DNA from: Lytechinus pictus
Lineage: Eukaryota
DNA: 64,000 nt
Direction of reading: 5' to 3'
Assembly: GCF_037042905.1 (NCBI RefSeq)
Contig: NC_087245.1
Location: 2,544,001 to 2,608,000 of the forward strand
Shown: piece by piece, positions 53,731 through 64,000 of the stretch
Layout: every line of letters begins with the position of its first letter
How positions within the stretch are numbered: the first letter of the stretch is position 1
Made by a program: the position numbers and the translations under genes
Notes under the pieces: model-generated
Seen by the model: only the letters and a program-made list of their open reading frames with translations
Databases searched by the model: none
What the model was told of the DNA's origin: nothing

Positions 53731-54418
53731 AGGACAAGTCCACCCCAATTAAGAGTTAATTAGAATAAAAAGAGAAAAAATCCAACAAGCATAACGCTGA
53801 AAATTTCATCAAAATCGGATGTAAAATTAAAAAGTTATGACATTATGAAGTTTCTTAAGAGTTATACTCACATCCAGGGGCCCCTAACACAAAGCTTAGC
53901 AATGATCGTAGAGCATTTTACTACGATTGATTGCATTGACTACAATGTACAATCAATCGTGATAGTGAAGCGTACGATTAATCGCTAACCTTTGTGTTTA
54001 TACGGGACCCTGGTATGTATGCAAGAGAGGGGACTGATGACGTCAATCACTCGCTATTCATTTTTTATTTTATCATCTGAAATATGAAATATTCTAATTT
54101 TCTCCTCATTGTCCGATGAAATTTTTTTTATTCCTCCCTGACCATTGCTCAAACACTTGATGGTTCAGTCAAGTCGGTCCTTATTGTCAAATCTGTAAAA
54201 ATTGAAATATTGTATAACAAAACAAAAAAGAGTGAGTGATGGACATCATTGACCGTCTCATTTGCATGTCACTGAGTTGTGCATGTAACTGTAATGTGAA
54301 AAATAATCGAAACTTTGAAATATTATGAATTTATTTTTACACATCCGATTTTGATGAAATTTACAGCATTAATCTTGTTTGATTTTTCTATATTGATTGA
54401 TTGGAGTGGACTTGACCT
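53731..54418. mobile_element. Kolobok-like MITE with a nested 133-bp inverted-repeat element (53878-54010)
   Basis: ttaa|aggacaagtccac ... gtggacttgacct|ttaa; inner gggcccctaacacaaag ... ctttgtgtttatacgggaccc. Confidence 0.87.
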
Positions 54419-54431
54419 TTAATGTCGTTAT

Positions 54432-55856
54432 CAGTGGCGCAACTACGGGGGGGAGCATGGGGGGGGGGGGGCACGTGCCCCCCCCCCCCAATCGGCTGGC
54501 AAAAAAAAAAAACGGGGAAAAAGATTAAAAAGAGGGAGAAACTGAGAGCAACGTAGTGGGAAGGAAGAAATTATTGTTAATTATGTTATATTATATTATA
54601 ATTATGTCATGTTATATTAAATAGAAATGAAAAAAATATCATAACTTTATGAAACATAATTTGCTCAGGGCCTATGTCTTCATTGTCCCTGATGCTCGCA
54701 TCGTCTGTTTAACGAGATATGTAATCCTGTTGTACTAAAACCTCCCGTTTTCAAGTCAATACACCAAATATATTTCCTCGCACTTCGAATTATAATTGTT
54801 TTATGTAGTGACATATCATTTTAAGGTCTTAATATAAAACATTTCACGTCCGTGCTTATGTTCGCATTAGTGGATTGGTGAGATATGTCTGCTCTTCATG
54901 AATTCCTAAAATCAGTCCTTAAAATTTCCCTTTTTCTGATCTGAATATCAAAAATTTCAGCTTGCGCTCGCTTCATTTGGTTAGTGAAATACGCATGGTC
55001 TACGTGAATTCCTACAAACAAGCCTTAGAATGCCCCTCTTCAGGTGTGAATTTCCTAATTTTTCAGCTCGCGCTTCGCGCTCGCAATATTTGACTAGTGA
55101 GATGCGTATGATAATCATGACTACAATGACTACAAAAAGTATGTCTTTAGGTGTAATTCTAACAAAATCAGCATGCGCTTGGCACCCGCATTAGAAGACT
55201 ATGGTGAGATATATGTACTCTTAATGGATTCTTTTTAAAAATAGACCTTAAAATATCCATGTTTGGGGTCAATATATAAAAAAATTTCAGCTCGCGCTTC
55301 GCGCTCGCTTCATTTGGTTAGTGAAATACGTATGGTCTTCGTGAATTCCTACAAACAAGCCTTAAAATGACCCTCTTCAGGTCTGAATTTCCTAAATTTT
55401 CAGCTCGCGCTCGCAATATTTGATTAGTGAGATGCGCATGTTAGTCATGATTACAATGACTACAAGTGATTTATGTGTTTGGATGCATAAAATTCTAACA
55501 AAATCAGCTAGCGCTTGGCACTCTTTAAAATTTCCATTTTTCTGATCTGAATATCAAAAATTTCAGCTTGCGCTCACTTCATTTGGTTAGTGAAATACGC
55601 ATGGTCTACGTGAATTCCTACAAACAAGCCTTAGAATGCCCCTCTTCAGGTGTGAATTTCCTAATTTTTCAGCTCGCGCTTCGCGCTCGCATTATGTGAC
55701 CAGTGACATACATATCTGTTTAATGACACTGTCCTTAAAATGTCTCCATTAGGTCAGCATACCTAGCAACTGAGCGCGCTTCGCGCGCTCACTAAGTGAC
55801 TCAAAATTTTTGCTAGTGCCCCCCCCCCCCATGCCATGACCCACGGTACGCCACTG
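54432..55856. mobile_element. hAT-like non-autonomous element with internal tandem duplications
   Basis: cagtggcgcaac / gtacgccactg; 8-bp TSD gtcgttat. Confidence 0.88.
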
Positions 55857-56540
55857 GTCGTTATATTGGTTAGAGTGTCACAAGTAATCTCGTCCACACA
55901 CCTTCGAATCACTCAAAACAATTAATATAGAGAACTAGACTGTCACACCCCAAACAATTGAAATTTTACGGTTTACATCAACCCACCAGTTGGTCAGTTA
56001 TTTGACAGAAGGACTTTGGAATCCAATACTTATATCTGAGAGGTAAATCAGTTATCATGTGTTTATTTTTATATCCTGGTAATACGGTGAGTACAGTACT
56101 TCACTGTTGACCTGGATCTGGTTTTACCCTAAAGTCAGTGTAGCTTGTTTTGACGTTATCATCGGATCAGACGTACATGTATATAGGTCTAAAAACCTGC
56201 GACTTGGAGTCACTTGAATTTTCTTTCTTGTTAGCATGAAGGTTATTTTAGAAGGAAATCGCACTTTTCTGGACGATTTGCTTTGGATGAAAGCTGAGCA
56301 CAGGTCATTATGATAGTTCGACTTGTGAAATTTAAGTGGATTTAGCGAATTTAAGCGATATTATAATTATGAAATTTACTTTCTGCTGGTACCTTAGGAT
56401 GCAATGCAATCCACATAGCTTGTAGATGTCTGTCATAAAAGAATACGCTCCAAAAACATTATTCTCTTCTATAACCTAGGGGTTCGTCCGACACCACCAT
56501 CACCTTCGTTCTCGGTATCATCGTCGTATCCAATGTGATC

Positions 56541-56653
56541 ATGGCCGCATTCACTGTCAGGGTCGGTGTGTTGATGGTCTTTGTGTGTGGAGTCGTGTTC
56601 ACATCGTGGAATTTGGACGTTTTAGTAACCAAGCAAGACTCTAATCATGGCAG
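56541..56653 (+). CDS. Candidate first coding exon of a third gene: MAAFTVRVGVLMVFVCGVVFTSWNLDVLVTKQDSNHG (signal peptide or type II anchor-like)
   Basis: atcATGG start context, Arg followed by a hydrophobic run, donor CAG|gtaatg (phase 2). No downstream exon recognised in the window. Confidence 0.5.
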
Positions 56654-57862
56654 GTAATGTCTTCGTTAATTACTTTGTGTATAGGAGTCGGTCAATCAAT
56701 TTGAATTTAAGACGGGTGATATTTCCCATCTCTTGTATTTTTGAATTTCGTAAAAGCCATGGGAGTAAACATTTATTTTATTTTATGAAATGCTTGAATC
56801 CATTATGGACCAATAAAGTTATCTTGTACGATGTATACGTGATTTCATTTGATGTCCAACAAATACGAATATCAAGTAAATACAGGTCGGTCAAGTATAG
56901 GGCCTATACAATAAACAGGATTATTTATACTTTATATAAAGTTGAAGCTGTATGACAGTTATGATGAAGAACAAGCATCTAGGCTAATATGAATATAATC
57001 AATGACTAGAACTATAGCATATAATAGCCTTGCGATAATGTGATTTATATTTTGTGTAAAGCGTCGAGTTCAAAGGGCCGAATTCAATATGTAGGGCCTA
57101 CATTAATTAGATAGTCATTTCTATCATACAACAGGCCTAACAGTATATGATATAAGTATGCATGGAAAACCAAGAAGGTGGTGGCAGGGGCGACCAATCC
57201 CGTAATTTATCAGGGAAAATGCCGTGGCCGATTGGTCTAGGCCCCTGTTTATGTGTCGGCACAGCCCCCAAATTTTGGAGTCGCCTTCACGCCTGCAATC
57301 TGAAAAAGCTGAAAGCTGAAAAGAAGATAGAAGAGGATTAAGAAGAAAGAGTATATTGTGTCGTTATACATAATATCATATAGGCTACCCTTTTTATTTA
57401 GAAAGAACACATTAATACCCAGGGTCCTTTTCTAAATGAATAATTGACAAAATGAAACTTTAATAAAAACGTAAACCTGTTGTGGCTTTTCTTTGCGTAG
57501 GCTAAGGTTGTGTTTGATGGATTGTTATATCACCGTCAGTGCTTGGGTATAACATAAAAAGTCAACCCTTTACATGATTTATAAAAAGATTTCAAGTACA
57601 TTATCAGTGGCGGATCTACGATGTGGGAGGGTTTAGGAGGTTTAACCCCCCCCCCCTCCCCCTCTTTGGCTGCCAAGGAAAAAAAGGTAATGACCTACAT
57701 TTTGGAGCCAACCCAAAATTACCTTCATTTGGTAGTGACACCCTTTTTTTTGCTTGAAAAACAAAATTCTTGGTACCATAATGACATTCATTTTGTAGTG
57801 AAACCCTTTTTCGCTTGTCATATTTGTCGGTCAAACCCCTGTTTCAACCGATCATGTCGCAT

Positions 57863-58008
57863 CAACGCATAATGTCACACCAACGCATAATGTCGCAGAT
57901 TGCGACATTATGCCAAGAGCGTCCAACGCATAATGTCACAGTCAACGCATAATGTCGTAGCTTTTCTACTAACGCATAACGTCGCAAGTCTTAACGCATA
58001 ATGTCGCA
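57863..58008. repeat. Cluster of aacgcataatgtc(g/a)ca motifs, one inverted
   Basis: At least six direct copies plus tgcgacattatgc; probably a transposon subterminal array. Confidence 0.75.
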
Positions 58009-60988
58009 GTGGTGTTCGATTCAGGACTCGAGTTAAATATAAGACATAAAATATGTTTTCACTGAGTAATGTGTGCAAGCTCTGTCATCTGAACGTTTTT
58101 TAAGAGCGTGTTTGGTGGGGCAGGTGCGGATGCAGGGGAGGGGTCAGTATCGAATTCATTGTCAGGAGAAAGGGGTATACTTTGAAAAATTAGAATGTGT
58201 GGACTATAGTGTGAAACGCAAGTATACGCATATCACCATTCATCTGTGCATATCGCTATACATGCAATTCAACTTATTTTGCAGGAGAGTAAAGTCATCT
58301 AGCTGAAAATTAAATACAAATTTAGTTACATTTCAATTGTTGTTCATGACATTTTAATAAAGAAATCATATTTCGTATTGTTACTCGGAATGTGCCATCA
58401 ATATATTAAAAATTTAGCGCGCGATTCGCACTCGCATAATTATCTTATACTGCCAAAAACTGCTCAGAATGTTCATTGCTTTGGTCTAAATGCAAATCCA
58501 AAACATTAAGCTTGCGCTTCGCGCTCTCATTATCTATTTAGGCAATGTTTGTTAGAATAAAGCTAATTATATGCATTTGAAACTTCATTCTTTGGTTGGG
58601 ACTGCTCTCTCTATAAACCAACAGCAAGATTGGCTTTTAGCGGCTCATCGGGGAAACATGAATGAAAACATGCGCCCCACCCCCTTTTGGCGAAATCCCG
58701 CGTAATATACTGTATTAGAAACAAGTACATGCGTGCTCTGACCTTGGACTCCAGCAGGCATGGGCGGAAATCCCAGGGGGGACGGGGGACGCGCCCCCCT
58801 ACCATTTTGGAAAGGGGGGCATAATATCAAATGTCCCCCTACTATTTGTGGTATTTTATTATGGAAAAATTCATAATTCAAAATCGAAATTATACACATG
58901 TATCCTCGAATTTCGAAATATACATAAACAGATAGTTTTTCATAAAAACTTGAATAGGAAAAGAAAAGGCATACCGGCCCGACTATTCTCGAACTCGCAT
59001 CTAGCCCTATATGCCAGCCAAAGAGTGATCACAATGATGACATCGATGGCCATTGTTAATTTCATAACTAATAAAAATGACAAAAAAAAAAGAAAATCGC
59101 CTCTGGATACTTATAAGTAAATTTAGTGCATAGATGGTAGACGAGAATGTTCCATACCCAGTAAAAACATACCTTTGTTAAACCAATTTATTTTCCCTTT
59201 ATTCCAAATTTACTTGGAATATTAGAATATTTTCATTGTTCGCGTACTCAGTAAAAAGAATAGTTTTCATGAGTTATGATTTATCCTTCACAGTGAATTT
59301 TAACTATGTTTAATTCCCCAAAATTTGTTTTTAAATACGCTATTAACGAGACTTTTATATTCCATTTTTACACAAAATTCCTGCCGTGGGAAATGTCATC
59401 ATAGGTAGATCAAGGGGGCGAAGCGGCGGCCCGCCCCCTATTGGCGGCGCAAAATAGGAAGATGAGGAGAAAAATAAGAAGAAAAATAGAACCAGGAAGA
59501 AAATTACATGATGGAGGGGAATAATTGGAAAAAATAAAATTTCAGGTCATAGTATAAAAATAAAAAATTCTCTCGCGCTTTGCATTAATATACAGCCATC
59601 TCTTTATTTCAAAACGCGCTTAATTTTTTTTTTTCACTTTTTAGATCGAAATATATAAAATACAAATAATTTATTTAGGAAGATATCCATCTTTTTCATA
59701 ATTTGTTGGTTTAAATCTAAAAAAAAAAAGAATTTAGCTCGCGCTTTGCGCTCGCATTGCTTATTGAGATAAACTGCTTGTTCTTCATTTCAAAAGAGTT
59801 GAAAGATCCAGTTTTCTGATCTGAAAATTAAAAAAATCATTTCGCGCTTCGCGCTCGCATTAGTAATATGGTTGAGTCAGATACTATCCTGTTTATTGCT
59901 ATAAGGTGAAAAGAAGATGACTTTTTGGTCGGAAAATAAGAAAAATCAGGATACGCTTCGCCACATTAATTATAATTTAGTTAAATAGCTACCCTGTCCT
60001 TGATTTTAAAATATGCTAATAATACCAATTTTTAGGCCGGAAATGACACTTCACACACTTCGCGCTCGAATCTAATACTGTTTAGTAAATTCCTATGCTG
60101 TTCATGATTTGAAAAAGTGTTACGATTGTCCAGTTTTTAGGTTGGAAAATACAAACTTTCAGCTCGCTTCGCGTCCGCATTAATTGTTTAGATTACTATC
60201 CTGTTCATATATATTTTTTAAAGTACTATAGAATGTCCAGTATTTAGGTTGGAAAATAAAAAACTTTCAGCTCGCGCGATTACTTGATTATTTCTACCCC
60301 GTTCATATTCTTTTTTAAGGTGCTATGAGTGTCCAGTTTTTAGGTTGGAAAATAAAAAAATTTCAGCTCCCGCTTCTAGCTCGCATTCATTGTTTAGATT
60401 CCTATTCCGTTCATTATCAAGTGGTAAGAATGTCCAGATTTTAGGTTGGAAAATCAAAAACTGGCTCGCGCTTCACGCTCGCATTAATTGTTTAGATTCA
60501 TATCCTGGTCATATTCTTTTTAAAGTGCTATGAATGTCCAGTATTTAGGTTGGAATATCAAAAATTTTCAGCTCACGCCCGCATCTATTTAGTTAAATTC
60601 TTATCCTGTTGGTGATTTGAAAAAGTGTTAAGAATGTCCAGTTTTTAGGTTGGGAAATCAAAAACTTTCAGCTCGCGCTCGCATCTATCATTAAGTTGAA
60701 TTCCTATTCTGTTCATGATTTTAAAAGGTGTTACGAATGTTGAGTTTTTAGGTAATTCCTATCCTGTTCATGATTTGAAAAAGTGTCTTTTTTATTTGAA
60801 AAAGTGTTACGAATGCATTTATGGTTTAGGTAGGTTCGAATCTAGTTCATGATCACAAAAAATGTTCAGAATGTTCAATTTACAGGTCACAAATTATGAA
60901 ATATCAACATATTTGGGCTCGCGCTTCGTGCTCGCATTACGTATTGAGGCCTTTTAGGAATACCTCCCCTCTTCGAAATATGTATATA

Positions 60989-62644
60989 CACTGTTGGTCA
61001 TAAAGGTGGAATATTTTTTTTTCACCAAATTTTCACAGCGTAATTATTATAACATGATTTGAATATGGCATTTATGGTGCATGATAACCACTTTACTTTC
61101 TTATTCTGCCTTTTACACACGTTTGACAGTGATATTTTACAAGTTTATGTCCTAAGCGATTGATGTCATGAGCATAGAACAACAATGACGACAGTAAATC
61201 AAAGGATCATGAGATATTTATTTTCAATCTCTCTCAGTTTTCCAGATGACTTCTTTTTGTGATTTCATGGACAAATTTGCATCAAACTTGAGTCATTGTT
61301 CTTACTCAGTCACTAGTATCGGGTATGTCCACCCCTGGCACGAACCAGCGCATGCAGACGTCGTGGCATGCTGTCCACTAGCTTGTTGATGACGTCAACA
61401 GGCATAGCGTCCCATTCTTCCCTCAGAGCATCTGCCAACTCCTGCAGATTTTGAGAAATTACCTCTCTGTCGTTGATAGCTCGACCTGCGCATCCCATGC
61501 ATGCTCTATGGGGTTCATATCCGGCGAACAAGCTGGCCATGGCAACTGTACGACGCCCTCTGCCTCCTGGAATTCCGTTACTGCAGCGGCCCTGTGCGGT
61601 CTAGCGTTGTCATCCTGCAGTCAGAAATTGTACCCATACACTCGTCTTGCATATGGAAGACAGTGGAACTCCAAGATATCCCTCTAGGCGGCGGCGTTGA
61701 CGTTTCCGTCCGGAACGACCAGTGGCGTTTTCCCTCCATAATGGATGCCGGCCCATATCATCACTGAGCCACCTCCGCCTTGAGTCGTCTCGTGGATACA
61801 TTCATCGCGAAGGTTTTCCCCGGCTAATCGACGAACTCGTTGTCTCCCAACCTTTCGGTCAAGGATGAACCGGCTCTCGTCCGTGAAGACCACATGTTGC
61901 CAATGTCCTGGATGAAGCCTTCTGTGCTCCCTAGCCCAAAGAAGACGAGCTACTCTGTGGCGAACAGACAGGCGTGGACATTTGGTCAACCGTCGTGCTC
62001 GGTAACCATGTTGGAGCAATCTGCGATCAACGGTTGACCGGGAAACGTTGATCCCATGATATCTCCTCCACAAGCGACGAAGACGGCTCTAGGGCAATTT
62101 CCGGTTTCTGCGGCTGAAATTCAACAGTTGGCGATCATCTCTTCTTGTGGTCAATCTGGGACGTCCTGGAGATTTCCGTGGCCGCACATTCCCCGCCTCA
62201 CGTTGACGTTTCATGATCTTAGAGACTGCACTCTGTGATATCCCTAGGACTTCTGCGATATCAGTCTGCTTGTAGCCCTCCTGTCGCAGGGCTACCACTC
62301 TCTCGCGTGTTGCTGTTGCCGTTGGACCAGGCATAGTCCAGGGAACGTCTCTACCGATTTTTATTTCAAACGGTACAAGGAACTCGAAAAAAATTCAACC
62401 TTCTTATACACAGTGCTAAATCAGGGAAAGTGACAGAACATCATATGCATAGGCTTTTATAGTCTACAACAAAATAATTTATTACGTAATACAAATTTCT
62501 CATGTTATAAATGTCACCTGTGTAATGGGGAAACATTATGTAATCACTCAAATACCATTTTGTCTACGCGTAGCCTTTCAACTACCAACAAAACTGTCGA
62601 TTTTTATTCAAAAATATTTTATTCCACCTTTATGACCAACAGTG
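60989..62644 (-). mobile_element. Full-length Tc1 transposon (1656 bp)
   Basis: Perfect 25-bp TIR cactgttggtcataaaggtggaata with TA TSD. Confidence 0.96.
61313..62334 (-). pseudogene. Tc1 DD34E transposase pseudogene
   Basis: HTH N-terminus, GRPR, FTDESRF, QDDNARPH, WPACSPDMNPIE (34 residues between D and E), GGHTRY. Three in-frame stops (about 62089, 61684, 61621) and one frameshift near 61487. Confidence 0.95.
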
Positions 62645-63061
62645 TATATATATATGTTTGAGTTAGTAATTCTGTAGAAAATAAACACGGAAAACTCAAT
62701 TGTGTCCCCCCTATATACCTTCAAGGAGAGATTTCCGCCCATGCCAGCAGGGACCCAAAAGTTGGATCCAGCGCCCTAGTCGCGCTTCACACTCCATTTT
62801 GCATGTTTTGTGAAACATACAAAATAATTTTAGTCCCCCTCTGCCCCTTTTCCTTTGCCACCCACCAGTTTTAAAATCCTGGTGTCGCCACTGCTCGGGG
62901 GCTCGCGTTATTTAGAAGAGACACGAAAACAGGTTGTCAATGCTTGTAAAACATTGTAATGCCCGGTTATTATTATTTTTTTTTTTTAAATACATACACA
63001 GATTTTTCCTGTGAGGAGGGGATGTGATCATTTGTAAAAACGAATCTAAAGTGATGTTTAA

Positions 63062-63650
63062 GGGTCAAGTCCACCCGAGGAAAATGCTGACCTGAATAAA
63101 TAGAGAAAAATCAAACTAGCATAGTGCTGAAAATTTCATAAAAATCGGATGTAAAATAAGAAAGTTATGACATTTTAAAGTTTCATTTTTTTTCTTCACA
63201 AAACAGTGATATGCACAACAAGGTGATTCAGTCGATGATGTCCATCACTCACTATTTCTTTTTTTTTATTGTTTGAATTATACAATATTTCATTTTTTAT
63301 AGATTTGACAATAAAGACCAACTTGACTGAACCATATAGTATTAAACAATGCTAATTCCACATGTTCAGGGAGGAATTAATCGTTGTATCACTTGAGAAG
63401 GAGAAAATTAGAATATTTCATATTTCATATCATATAATACAAAAGAAATAGTGAGTGGATGACGTCACAGTCTCCTCATTTGCATACCAGCCAGGATGTG
63501 CATAATGACTGTTTTGTGAAATTAAGCGAATCTTTAAAATGTCATAACTTTCTTATTTTACATCCGATTTTGGTGAAATTTTCAGTGTTATGCTTGTTGG
63601 ATTTTTCTCTTTTTATTCAAATCAACTTTTTGTTGGAGTGGACTTGTCCT
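63062..63650. mobile_element. Kolobok-like MITE, same family as 53731-54418
   Basis: ttaa|gggtcaagtccac ... gtggacttgtcct|ttaa. Confidence 0.87.
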
Positions 63651-64000
63651 TTAATGATTTCGTGCACATTTTAATGAAGTTTGTAAAACTCTTCAGTAAG
63701 AAAGGAAGATTTTCACTTTTTTCCGGGGGGCATTAATTCTGCCCCCTCCCGCTACGTACCAACATGTTACTAATTTATCACGTTCTCCCCTCTCCCCCAC
63801 GGGAGATTTGTATAGGACTTATCGCTTTAAAATTATTGTTCATACGGTACATTTCGAGTTACAATACGAAATATAATTTCTTTCTTAAAATGTCATGAAC
63901 AACGATAAAATATTAAATTTTAAAAAAGTGACCACTTTTCATCATAATAAAGTCAATACTGCCCCCCCCCCGCATTCGCGCCTGTCCCACCAAACACACT

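Larger units (their letters stand above)
58759..62743. mobile_element. About 4-kb composite hAT-like element hosting a Tc1
   Basis: catgggcggaaatc / gatttccgcccatg; 8-bp TSD ccagcagg. Confidence 0.87.

Overview
This is AT-rich, intron-containing, transposon-dense animal DNA; the repeat types suggest a sea urchin or similar marine invertebrate, which is inference only. It is not prokaryotic: I see no operons, CRISPR arrays or rRNA. The main content is a divergent pair of paralogous, apparently intact class A (rhodopsin-like) GPCR genes that I assembled exon by exon. GPCR-A is complement(join 21981..22063, 13099..13312, 11192..11858, 10517..10785), 410 aa. GPCR-B is join(37943..38049, 39083..39296, 42933..43839, 44311..44561), 492 aa. 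They share intron positions and phases (2,0,1), a 214-nt second coding exon, and unusual motifs (E/DRF, DPxIY, Pro in mid-TM3, three conserved extracellular His); neither is an opsin or an aminergic receptor. A candidate first coding exon of a third gene (signal-anchor-like) lies at 56541..56653. The rest is mostly mobile DNA: two LINE fragments, tRNA-derived SINEs, a decayed DD34E Tc1, and many non-autonomous DNA elements with readable TIRs and TSDs, often nested three to four deep. I found no demonstrably new biological system. The best leads are the orphan GPCR pair, a young self-inserted MITE cluster in a GPCR-B intron, a TIR-less palindrome-rich insertion, and a 28-bp TIR-only element.
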